Of a stretch of 64,000 nucleotides of DNA, positions 11,101 to 19,066 are shown piece after piece. Location of the stretch: IMG/VR virus record IMGVR_UViG_3300036901_000073, positions 2,539 through 66,538 of that record, one strand, 5' to 3'. Every line of letters begins with the position of its first letter. Within the stretch, counting starts at the first letter, position 1. The DNA is from a virus. A program made the position numbers and the translations under genes. The notes under the pieces were generated by a model. The model was not told the origin of the DNA, ran no database searches, and saw only the letters and a list, made by a program, of their open reading frames with translations.

Positions 11101-14100
11101 TCGCGCCCCAGGTGTCAGGAGTCGATGAGACGTAGCCACTGTTGTATCGGGCCGGATCATAATCTGTCCGGAAGTCGATGTCTCGCTCGGAAATCCCGGC
11201 GATCAGACCACTGATCGGATCGATCACGTCGACCACATTTACCAAAGGCGAATGAGCGATGATCTGTTGATTGGTGATGGTCACGTTCTCGGCGTAGATG
11301 CAGGTATCGGATATCGTTGTCGTATCCACTCGTAAGGGTTGATTTCTGATAGCGGTCCATGTATCTCCGTTCCATTGCAGAACCGCCCATTGACCATTCG
11401 AATAGTCATCGATCCATGCCATGTCGCCAATGTTGAACAGATAGGTCACGGCGTTCAGCGCCGCGACGGTCGGGAAACGTACCTCGCGAAGTATCCGCAC
11501 GAATGGCGCGAGTGTGGGGGTCGGCGTGAAATCATAACCCATCGTTCCAGGTACATTCACCTCGACGTAATTCAGCAAGATATTGACCGAGGTTATCGTG
11601 TTCACGCCCTGAAGATCGGCAGTTGACAGGCTGGTGCCATCGACCACCAACAGCGCGCCAATATCGGTTTCCGTCATATCGATGGGCAGTTGAAAGAAAA
11701 TCCGACTGACATTGGGATCGATGGTCGAGTCCTCGTTCTCGGTTTCCACCATGAGAATCAGATTTGGTTGAATTTGGCCATCAGTCACGCCGGTCTCATA
11801 ACTTTCCAGCACCGTGTAGGTGCCGTCTGCCCGTTCATAAATCCAGGTCAGGGTTCCAGCGAGAAACGCCGTCTCCCCATTTCCGAACAGCGTGTTGTAA
11901 AGGTCGGGGACCGTACTGATGTAAAACTGTGTGTAGGTCGCGTCGGTGAGCCGCACGGGACCGGCGATCGGATAGGACGAGTTGCCATAGCTGGTGTTCA
12001 ACGGGAAGAACGCCGCCGAAGCCGGTTTATCGAACCACAGGGAATCGGACAATGGCATGATGATCCAGTCCAGTGGCGCGGACGGAGTGTTAACGAAACG
12101 AACGATTTGTGGATCATCCCTGGTATCGGTCTGGGTGATCTGAAAGGTGATGAACGGATCAATCGGTGCGCCATAGATACCAAGCAGGAACGCCCATTCT
12201 TCGAGGAACTGAATGTCACTGTCACTCGACGCGACATTGCTCCGCATCAGTTTCTGGAACACGCCCAGCGCGCCCTTTTGCTGAATCATTCCCTGATAAA
12301 ATTCAAATTGTTCCGAGTCAGCTATGACAAGATCATTCATGTATGATCTCTCCTGGAACCCGATGTTATGCCGCGCGTACGTCCACAACGTTTTTTGCGT
12401 TGCTTCCTCGATACCAAACATGTATCTCACGTCGTTGGCGGCTTTATCGAAATTCGAATTCAGGATATTGCCGTTGATGTAAAATCCTGGCGCGTCGAGA
12501 CGCCCCGCCCATGCTGTGGAGCAATACGCCCAGAGCTTCAGTCGCTCCTGTCGCATGTTGAAAATTGGCAGATAAATGTCATCATCAAAAATCGAAACAT
12601 TGCTGAATACCAGCGCATGCTCGATGGATGCGATCTCAAGCCTGGTACAGAATATATCGCTGTCCATCGCGGTGACGGTGAGTTGACCGTCCAGCCGGTC
12701 GATGATCACGTTCTTCTGTGGGATCGGGTTTCCGGCGCGATCCAGCAGGCCAAAGAAACCGGTGACGTTGTCCTCGACATTGAGAATCGTTCCAGTCGCC
12801 GTGATGAAGGTCAGGCCCTGTTGTCCTGGCGACATCGCGATGAAATTACCGGGTGCCCATTGCGTCTGCGCCCACACCAGGAATTCCCTGACCGACAGGG
12901 ACCAGTCGAGGATCGTGCCGGACGCGTTGGTGTTGTTGAACACCCAGCCACGACTCACCAGCCAGCTTTGCCAGCCCAACAGGAAATTGGCGACATCCTG
13001 ATAAGTGGTGAATTGCGTGCCATAAGGCACCTGTTGAACCGTGTTGAGATTTCGTCCATAAGTGATGACACTTGGCGCGCGTATCATCGAGGTCGATAAA
13101 TCCGGACGCGCCATCCAGAAGTTATTCTCGAATTGCGGCCCACTGGTGTGACTCTTCGTGCACTGATACACCGAGTTCAGATAACTGGCCAGGATGCTGG
13201 TTGGATAATAAGTGTTCGGACGCCATGTGACGATGGTCGGCTCGCTCGCCGTGGCCAACGAAATCAGACCCTTTGGGCCACTTGGATCGGGTGGGATGAT
13301 ATTGAAATAGGAATTGCGCGCGTCATAACCAATCGCCCGCCATCCACTGCCCGTCCACTCCATGATGACGCCGCTGTAGACCTCGACATCACTGCTCGGT
13401 GAGGTGTACAGCACGACATTGACATCTTCTTCTGGCAGCAGACCGAAATTATCAGCCGTCGCCTTGATGTTGTCGGTGGATACGAATGTCGCCATCTGAT
13501 GGATCAGACGCACGTCGAGCCCGCGTATCGCGTTGCCAAACCCGCTCGATGACACGCCGGTAGATAACAGGTAATCCGCCACCCATTGTTGCACGCCAGT
13601 GACCACGGCGGTGGTCCCACTTGGCGTGGTCTCGCCATGCACGTATTGCAGACTGTTCAACGGTCCTGACAGCAGCGGAATTTCCACCCACTGCGTTCCC
13701 ACGTAGCCGATGTTCAGACTGTCCCAGCATTCTTCCATGAAACGCGCTGGTTTCATCAGGAACGCCGCGATGGCCACGGCATAGCGATACGATGGTGAAT
13801 TGGTCCAGATGTACTCCACCGGTCCCAGATCACCCACCACCCATGAACGGCTCGCCACCGATCCCGGCAGATCGATGATGACGATACCAATGTTGTACGG
13901 ATCAAGCAGGTTGCCGAGAATGTTCACCGGCAGCAGATTGGACAGCCCAGGACGCGCGTACAATGGATCGACGCCAGCGCGCACGCCCGCCGCGATGTTG
14001 CCATTCTCCAGGTCCGTCCACAGCGCCGTGTTGGCGGAGGTGTACGGAGCGCTGCCATAAGTGCCAACCCACCAGGTCGGCTGACTGACGAAGCCAAGCA

Positions 14101-16663
14101 TCTCCCATGGTCTGGTATGCGGCGCATCCGTTCCGTAGTAAAAATGGTATATCGCGCGCCAGTTGCCAGGCAACGTGTTGCCCAGGATGTCGACCACGCC
14201 ATTGAAATTCCAGGTGAAGGAATTGTTCGCGTCATAACCGACATTTGTGCGATAATCCAGTTGATTGCTCTGCGCCCAGTACTGGAACAACGGAGCCATG
14301 ATGGCGGTGAATTCAAAATACGTGTAGCCATTGAGTGGCGTGCCGAACGCGTTGCCGATCCACTGATAGATATCGAACACCGGTCGCGCGTCGGTCTGAA
14401 ACTGCGCCGGAAGATTCTGATAAATCTGCGTCTCCAACGCCAACAGCACATCATCCCGCCAGTCATTGAACGCGGGTGTCAGGCTGCCGTCATGGCCTTG
14501 AATCATCAGGATCGGCGTGGCGTACGTGTAATCCACCACCATCGCCGGAATGACCGCCGCCAACACGCCGAGCGCGGCTGGCGTCGCCGGAATGAAATAT
14601 TGCCCACCCCCAATTGTATTGAGCGCGAAAGGAAAACTGAGACTTTTGTCGCGAGTGATGTTGGCCAGCGCCGCCGCCACCCAGGTGCTCGGATAGACGG
14701 TTGGATCAACCTGCGACAGCGAGCCATTGTTGTTGATGACGGTGAGGGCTCTGATGAATTTGTTTCTGAATCTGTTGTATTCCTGATCCACGTAGCGGAT
14801 CGCCTGCGGCATGTCGAAACTCTCATCGGAGGCGATCAACATGGCTTTCAACAATGGCGCTCTGTGCTTGAGGATGGACGTGCCGACACTCAGATCACGC
14901 GCGGTATCGCGATAGTTGTTTACCCCCAACGTTTGGCCAACGAAACCAGTCTGATTGGCCAGCAGCGACTGAAAATGATCGATCCATGTGCTCTCTGAGA
15001 TCAGCGTGACATCATCCGACGATGGGTTGCCTTGCAGATTGGACGGAATGTTGTAAAATCCATTGGTCACGCTCTGGGTCGTGGTGCCGTCCGCCAGATA
15101 CCACAGCGCCGAGAAATTCATCACCGAGCCGGTCATTTGTTCGGTACCGACGCTCTGCGAGGTATTGATGCCATAGATGCCGACGCCGCCCGACCCGGTC
15201 AGGATAGTGGTGCCGGATGGCACGCCCGTTCCGCTGATCGTCTGGCCGCTGAGCATGGTGCCTTCTTGCAATCCTGACACGGTGAGCGAGGTGCCGGTGA
15301 TCGCCCCGGTGAATTCCGCCGTGGTTTCGGTCGCGTAATTGGCCATGCTGGTGATCGTGTTCAAACCATACTGATAGGTGACGGCGTACGCGTCGTTCTG
15401 GAATACCGGATAGCCGTTGGCGTCAAACGCAATCAGACGATCCCCCAGCAGAGGGTCCGCATACGTTCCAAGTTCATAACCAAAAATTCTGTTGCCCGCG
15501 AAATTACTTCCCGGATAGGTCAACGGATCGTTCAGGGCGACGTTATCCAAGTCATAAAGCATGAATAATGGATCGGTGCTCTCCTGCCACACGATGCCCG
15601 GATACATCACCAGGTCACGGATGAATTCTATGATTGGCCGCTCGCCTTTGCGCGAGGTGAAATCCAGTCCCGTCCAGGCGAAGCTACTGACATGAACCCA
15701 TGAATTATGATTGGACCAACCGTTCTCCTGGGTGGATGATCGATCAATCGTCACATACTGCGCTTCCAGTCCGCGCACGATGTCGGTATCCAATGTCAGT
15801 CTGATGCTCTGACCGACGCCGTCCACCATCAGCACGTTGGTGCCGCTGTAATCCCACAGGTTGTAATCCCACGGCTGCGCATCCCAGCCACCGATCAGGA
15901 ACGTCGGATCGATGATTTGAATTCGCATGCTCGATGTCAGAAACTCGACACCTTCGGAATTGATGTCGGAAATATTGACCGTGGTCTGACCGTTGATGAC
16001 CGATACCAGATCGGGCGTGCGACAAACCAACACCGTGGTGCCGTTCGCTGGCGCGGTGGCGCAAATCATGTTGGAGCCAGATACGCTGGCGGAGACCAGG
16101 ATGTTGTTGACGAAAACCGTTGGATTTTCATTCGCCGATGGCACTGAAAGCATGGTGACCGGCAACGCGAAACTCGTGGTCGTGCCATCGCCCGTGTAGT
16201 TACTCATTGGCACCGTGAGCACCAAGGTTGGCAGATCAGCCGACCCTGAATCATCCCCGAACCAGTAATAGTCAGTGTAATTGACGATCATGTCGATGTT
16301 GATCGGGGGAGCCCAACTATAGTATTCGGTCTCGAACAGACGTTGATGATTGGTGACATTCGCGCCCGATGTCATCAGATAGTTGATCAGATCGGGATAG
16401 GTCAGCGTATTGGTGATCACCGACGCGGCGTTCGTGCTGATCATTCCGGCTTCGAGTTGATAGAACGCGCGGCTCGCGGTCGGCTCGCCAATGTAGAAAT
16501 CCGTGATGGGATTGTAGAATGGTGGCACCCGTCCAATATAGCCACTGATCTGGAGTGTCTCACCGGGTTGAAACACCTCGTCGATGGTCGACGAGAAAAA
16601 ATTGGCCAAATCCGTGGTTTGATTGAACAAAGGAAGTAGGGATACAAAGCGAAATTTCGCCAT
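5126..16663 (-). CDS. very large virion structural protein, baseplate wedge-like (3845 aa)
   Basis: Uninterrupted 11.5-kb ORF; YINEVKPYHVKIRE motif, repeated WD..PWD motifs, CBM-like WRPNTYY...YQCTKSHTS segment; late box 16692-16697. Confidence 0.8.
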   Translation of the reverse strand: MAKFRFVSLLPLFNQTTDLANFFSSTIDEVFQPGETLQISGYIGRVPPFYNPITDFYIGEPTASRAFYQLEAGMISTNAASVITNTLTYPDLINYLMTSGANVTNHQRLFETEYYSWAPPINIDMIVNYTDYYWFGDDSGSADLPTLVLTVPMSNYTGDGTTTSFALPVTMLSVPSANENPTVFVNNILVSASVSGSNMICATAPANGTTVLVCRTPDLVSVINGQTTVNISDINSEGVEFLTSSMRIQIIDPTFLIGGWDAQPWDYNLWDYSGTNVLMVDGVGQSIRLTLDTDIVRGLEAQYVTIDRSSTQENGWSNHNSWVHVSSFAWTGLDFTSRKGERPIIEFIRDLVMYPGIVWQESTDPLFMLYDLDNVALNDPLTYPGSNFAGNRIFGYELGTYADPLLGDRLIAFDANGYPVFQNDAYAVTYQYGLNTITSMANYATETTAEFTGAITGTSLTVSGLQEGTMLSGQTISGTGVPSGTTILTGSGGVGIYGINTSQSVGTEQMTGSVMNFSALWYLADGTTTQSVTNGFYNIPSNLQGNPSSDDVTLISESTWIDHFQSLLANQTGFVGQTLGVNNYRDTARDLSVGTSILKHRAPLLKAMLIASDESFDMPQAIRYVDQEYNRFRNKFIRALTVINNNGSLSQVDPTVYPSTWVAAALANITRDKSLSFPFALNTIGGGQYFIPATPAALGVLAAVIPAMVVDYTYATPILMIQGHDGSLTPAFNDWRDDVLLALETQIYQNLPAQFQTDARPVFDIYQWIGNAFGTPLNGYTYFEFTAIMAPLFQYWAQSNQLDYRTNVGYDANNSFTWNFNGVVDILGNTLPGNWRAIYHFYYGTDAPHTRPWEMLGFVSQPTWWVGTYGSAPYTSANTALWTDLENGNIAAGVRAGVDPLYARPGLSNLLPVNILGNLLDPYNIGIVIIDLPGSVASRSWVVGDLGPVEYIWTNSPSYRYAVAIAAFLMKPARFMEECWDSLNIGYVGTQWVEIPLLSGPLNSLQYVHGETTPSGTTAVVTGVQQWVADYLLSTGVSSSGFGNAIRGLDVRLIHQMATFVSTDNIKATADNFGLLPEEDVNVVLYTSPSSDVEVYSGVIMEWTGSGWRAIGYDARNSYFNIIPPDPSGPKGLISLATASEPTIVTWRPNTYYPTSILASYLNSVYQCTKSHTSGPQFENNFWMARPDLSTSMIRAPSVITYGRNLNTVQQVPYGTQFTTYQDVANFLLGWQSWLVSRGWVFNNTNASGTILDWSLSVREFLVWAQTQWAPGNFIAMSPGQQGLTFITATGTILNVEDNVTGFFGLLDRAGNPIPQKNVIIDRLDGQLTVTAMDSDIFCTRLEIASIEHALVFSNVSIFDDDIYLPIFNMRQERLKLWAYCSTAWAGRLDAPGFYINGNILNSNFDKAANDVRYMFGIEEATQKTLWTYARHNIGFQERSYMNDLVIADSEQFEFYQGMIQQKGALGVFQKLMRSNVASSDSDIQFLEEWAFLLGIYGAPIDPFITFQITQTDTRDDPQIVRFVNTPSAPLDWIIMPLSDSLWFDKPASAAFFPLNTSYGNSSYPIAGPVRLTDATYTQFYISTVPDLYNTLFGNGETAFLAGTLTWIYERADGTYTVLESYETGVTDGQIQPNLILMVETENEDSTIDPNVSRIFFQLPIDMTETDIGALLVVDGTSLSTADLQGVNTITSVNILLNYVEVNVPGTMGYDFTPTPTLAPFVRILREVRFPTVAALNAVTYLFNIGDMAWIDDYSNGQWAVLQWNGDTWTAIRNQPLRVDTTTISDTCIYAENVTITNQQIIAHSPLVNVVDVIDPISGLIAGISERDIDFRTDYDPARYNSGYVSSTPDTWGAKQVGRVWWNLSTVKFLDPYTDIIGASQTRDLAELYYRANNWAQIAPNTSVDIYEWTQSSDDPGSYSGAGTVYVVPNGNPNIVDPTDPDAGYNWVEEIAYDPVSGLTTTTYYYWVSGLTTVPMLPFRNTDITTIAAGITNPSSLDLSFMSPINADALIVSGVIQFLNDVDSVMKVRLTLDTGNNPGTHDEWILMRPTDETSLPPDQLWFKLRDSLMGFNVLNNFSKLPDPSLAPTRGTGIGLLQNMFQVDDSDGTRSGLMDARETFVESINNILAETAISTQRQTYISTIERSTSIDPNLIWTQIDESYPYEPAPTNEWDVMVYSLDQRNNLIARSDFINATGIIRVLIDRRGNPSPYQGWSIWNYNPTIAAKYDGLSAILQNADTVFTLRTSYEWSVANETALDALVNIPTPTINVGDRVLVEADNSGFWAIWKWEPGNSQANALGFVLWRVQTYRTTDFFSFVNWYASGYSASNPPIVTYATTAARNSTEGTSPNNLFVVVSDDGTPDHSWIWTMFDGTTWNTVALENGTIALSSSFYNPLLPIHGINSLSVTDIANRDGTWEIYILAQALRYGGLLLDSEINQNWFDIVNFCHAQQADVAWAFKTSFMTIAGYNIPLEQTPYLIPDPTDDLIDYINEVKPYHVKIREYSTQYSLNMDDASGTITDFDNPVYLDPSTNLYRPLDLVNDIAILQTLPWSYWYDNYQSAPNLVRGFDITIIFDRYDVDDSWDTSPWDSGPWDATDSPFTSVYVHTTVTTSLLVNSATIEVDDIRFLQYVYGGLTPVSETLPLTINIGTHSYQIAAIVPDAVNVSTTQYGVSGTLTTVSGHIYMSDGVAGNVVEAVINMPSASSRIAQSYTPTANMNPNDPDALMDRGMKSESLNFVLTADAPSGATVLTFSDTTGILVGQPVLGPNILQGTTVLAMDDTTVTLSGPTVGVIGAGTYVTIDLPDWVDGYELQNYTAPVSEFDMAPFDTDPLDIVTTIYDSTYDGSTLASPAIDYSINPPLTSRPGGFDLRSPYYSANHPEERIPFIGDDNIQITVSADEDVGGPSQIIKVYDVSAYTTATATLYYDLIAQSSVAVMVFMDGVRGVLGTDYTLDYFDRTVTVNITGVNLVQIHVFGFGGTSVIDDRNYVSFSSNPITLDMASTTANVAVVQDGVLLASGYTVSGSEVTLASPPSSGTDVAVIVYDGGASTATTMVTQTLSYLTPPEVILCSFTAANNTLLQSYSNGSDISASFTKISTINGEIESDALVPASVGAIEYQATTVPAISDYIVTFNVNLTSYGEVPLNSSIIYAVGRANGSNNGYQAAITSNGTDMFVQLMVMPSGIPTVVELGTLSSGFYTVIMTMVGSTISVAVQRSEDGTWLTSVGSWISLPSTAIVITDSTYTTIGHVLIGGTWEALSGNYFTMTQLQVLDFYAQSWTLSPRDSQTVPEHAGTIVEVDGERLAPPMTWYGTFTIENPSMFLPVPPINTTTVTIYVNGELYGNSVPFAFNAGPFNGWIAGTVLTIMNLESPNFLAVNGGVLSQSGVATGTTIVEQLTGTTGGLGTYTVSISQTVGSSIQPVTILETYGDYPYGMIVPSPPPTDITGQFVFFDSLMVSLEADFTGEVAVVLEFVGTTPDYTISSGVLTINRPLSYLNRIEATIFENASSMGLQTVTYPTGYVGCYFVPVPFEKSYALVTMNGLALAPDINYQIGGTDIGWDATLLNSNPWDYGINDSIMNIFNPTVNGPIVATIATAQAERESLSWVVSTNTPAFYRMTPVLLANGQQETGLSTNAPTVPLPLFNASFEYCRQTPYMAGSLVNTLAPTDTQIVVSLFLKQLAPKLQEPNLFFDPIVGQPGVVWIGGERIEYFAYAASDGVATLSGLRRGTHGTTIAEQRSVNGGTANGSAQTYTISTANGVGVLEVAVNGIPYTDFIATTVDDSILVVLTAAAGAFVTVAMTNGFIYPIGTQVFNGSEQFTLPVPVGMIAGDREAEPMHQIIGN

Positions 16664-16755
16664 GAGGAGACCATTCTGTTGATTATGGTAGTATTTAGGT
16701 CGCTATAATATCCCAAGTTATCGACAAGGTCGTGAGTTCACTCATAAATATTATG

Positions 16756-17157
16756 ATGGACGACACACCCGCGAAAATGTTGATACATCAGGCATATTCA
16801 TTGCCTGCGATACTGGCATTGCTCGTGCGCGACGATCACACCGTGGAAATCCGCTCGTTCTATATTCAGGATCGCGGCCAGGGCGGTGGGTCCAAGGTTC
16901 TGCGCGCCATCACCGATCTGGCGGATGACCTGGACGTGACCCTGGAAGTTTGTCCACTCTCAGCGGTCGAACATGGTTGGTGGAATAACGAGGAGGATGT
17001 CTCCGACTCGCTCAATCAGAATGATCTCGTGGCGTGGTACATTCGCAATGGCTTTCTGCACGTCCCACATCATGATCGGTGGAGCGTGCAGAAATATGAT
17101 GACTACATGGTCAGACGACCACGATCAGATCAATCGGTCGCTCCACGAGCGTCATGA
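16756..17157 (+). CDS. GNAT-family acetyltransferase
   Basis: RGQGGGSKVLRAI acetyl-CoA motif A and LVAWYIRNGF motif; TAAATA at 16745-16750 (start 16753 or 16756). Confidence 0.75.
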   Translation: MDDTPAKMLIHQAYSLPAILALLVRDDHTVEIRSFYIQDRGQGGGSKVLRAITDLADDLDVTLEVCPLSAVEHGWWNNEEDVSDSLNQNDLVAWYIRNGFLHVPHHDRWSVQKYDDYMVRRPRSDQSVAPRAS

Positions 17158-17426
17158 TTGCGTAACAACTCTGGAAGCTCCATTGAATCGGTGGATACCT
17201 TGCGGGTGGGCGTTTTGGCGGCATGATAGCCAGCGACAACGCCACGCAAGAAGATGCTGGCGACCTCGGGTAGCTTCGGACTTCAATAGGTGTCGTACAA
17301 AATCGGCTTTCCCGCCGCGATGGATAGTTCGAGCACTACCTCTGAGAAATCGTTGATGATCGCATAGCCCGTCTTGGTACTGACCATGTGTAACTGGCGA
17401 GCCTCGCCGCGAGTGATCTCTGGCAT
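17130..17426 (-). pseudogene. small gene with an internal TGA (47 aa, stop, then 50 more codons)
   Basis: SD AGAGGA then ATG 17426; in-frame TGA at 17283-17285; frame stays open to TGA at 17130; TTGCAC-N17-TATCAT upstream. Confidence 0.4.
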
Positions 17427-17482
17427 TGTCTTATCCTCTTGACCATGGATGATGATACACGACGGTTAAATTTCGTGCAATC

Positions 17483-18232
17483 TCATGCGGCTCGTCCCCA
17501 TGAACGGTCGATTTCCGCCTGTCGCTCCACCTTGGCCGAACGTACCTGATTTTTGTCGAACACCACGATGGTCTCCGGCGCGAAGCGATTGCCAAACAAC
17601 CCACCACCCTTGTCAGCTTTCATCCACAATCCATCATGCCCGTGCGCCTTGAGTACCTCGGTGGCCCGTTGGCGAGCGATGGCGGCGACCTTGTTGAGAT
17701 AGCGAGTGCATTGAAAATTGAGTTTTTGCGAGGCGATGTCATAATGTTCTGCTGATGCGAATGGTCTGGCGCTTGTTGGGTTTGGTTCACGCTTGCTGAT
17801 GTAGGAGCGATCCATCAATTTCTCATAGGCTTGCGCCAGGCGATGATCGGCATCCTTCACTTTCCGAGCGAACTCTTGATAGCTCGCGTCCCGAGAGAGG
17901 AACGCATGAAGATCGTCACGATCATTCACGTAGAGAGGTTTCTGAATGGACAGGAAGAAGGGCATTTGCGCCTTCTTGGCGTCCCTGCCGCCAACCCCGA
18001 TATCCTCGGTCGTCCTCTTGAAGAATATGCCATTCGGCATCTGCTCATCGGAAGCTCGCGCGCCCAGTCGCTCGATGTCGAAGCCATTGGCTTCGATGGA
18101 TTCGACGTTATCGACGCTGGTTTGATGATACACGATGATCGGTATGCCTGCGGCGTTGACGACCTTGCTGTTACCAAACCATGATTTAAACTCAGGGTCT
18201 TCGATGCCCTCGATGATTTGATGATACCGCAT
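17483..18232 (-). CDS. ADP-ribosyltransferase-like (ART-PolyVal-like) protein with capsid-targeting-like leader
   Basis: FKSWFGNSKVV...PIIVYHQT...GIFF...FLSIQKPL...GHDGL...ETIVVFDKNQVRS pattern; leader MRYHQIIE. Confidence 0.7.
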   Translation of the reverse strand: MRYHQIIEGIEDPEFKSWFGNSKVVNAAGIPIIVYHQTSVDNVESIEANGFDIERLGARASDEQMPNGIFFKRTTEDIGVGGRDAKKAQMPFFLSIQKPLYVNDRDDLHAFLSRDASYQEFARKVKDADHRLAQAYEKLMDRSYISKREPNPTSARPFASAEHYDIASQKLNFQCTRYLNKVAAIARQRATEVLKAHGHDGLWMKADKGGGLFGNRFAPETIVVFDKNQVRSAKVERQAEIDRSWGRAA

Positions 18233-18236
18233 CGAC

Positions 18237-18249
18237 TATTTAATAAATA
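18237..18249. promoter_or_regulatory. back-to-back T4-like late promoter boxes (TATTTA/TAAATA)
   Basis: tatttaataaata between divergent genes starting at 18232(-) and 18269(+). Confidence 0.7.
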
Positions 18250-18268
18250 TCCCATTGGGGGAATTACC

Positions 18269-19066
18269 GTGCGGAACTTTATAGACATCGTGAGTGGACA
18301 TCTGTTCGAGGCCAGGAAAAAATCTCCCGAGGACAAAGGTAGCAAAACCGACACGAAAACCAAACCCACGTACGATCTCTTCCCCGATCTGGAAGCCGGT
18401 AGCAAAGGCGTGGCGAAGGCCGATGGCCCTGCGGGTGCGCCCGCGTTGCCGGGGAAGAAAACGACCCGTAAGGTGCCTCGGACGGCTGGCGTTGACATGA
18501 ACGATCCAGGAATGGCCGCTGCCATGCACGGGATACTGAACCATGGTATGGAAGACGAAATCAGCGATGAGGAAGCCAGGGCGAACAGCAACTGGGGCGA
18601 CGACGTGGGCGAGCATCCGATCATTCCAACCAACGAAAATCTACCAGCGATCATCAGCCGCGAGATTTCTCTTGACGGTGGACGCATCATTCCGGAATGG
18701 ACTCAGGTGAAGGATTTGCCTGGCTACATGCTGAACGCCATTCGCGCTGTGGGTCGCGCCCTATTTCGCGAGTACACCAATACCAGGATCGAGGATATTC
18801 AGATGCTCGCCACGGTCCCTGGCATGAATTCGGAGACCGAGGTCAAGGCGATGATGGCGTGGGTCATGAAGAATGGCGTGCCTGGGCAGAAAGCCAAGAT
18901 AACATTGTATGGTAAGGAGATCGAGGTCAGTCCGTGGAAGACCGACGATTTCTCGTTTCTTCTGGGTCATGATGACATGGGGTACTATGTCTACGCTTGG
19001 GTGCAGAAAAATGGCATAAGAGTTGGTGGCAACGATGATCACAAGCGGTTAGCATCACCGGAATGA
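18269..19066 (+). CDS. hypothetical protein with capsid-targeting-like leader
   Basis: GTG start downstream of late box; MRNFIDIVSGHLFE-ARK; ATGA overlap with next gene. Confidence 0.7.
   Translation: MRNFIDIVSGHLFEARKKSPEDKGSKTDTKTKPTYDLFPDLEAGSKGVAKADGPAGAPALPGKKTTRKVPRTAGVDMNDPGMAAAMHGILNHGMEDEISDEEARANSNWGDDVGEHPIIPTNENLPAIISREISLDGGRIIPEWTQVKDLPGYMLNAIRAVGRALFREYTNTRIEDIQMLATVPGMNSETEVKAMMAWVMKNGVPGQKAKITLYGKEIEVSPWKTDDFSFLLGHDDMGYYVYAWVQKNGIRVGGNDDHKRLASPE

Noticed and set aside
5225-16639. Many 60-290 aa ORFs antisense or out of frame to the giant baseplate gene (also 27637..29163)
   Set aside because: Shadow ORFs of GC-biased codon usage, with no motifs or start signals
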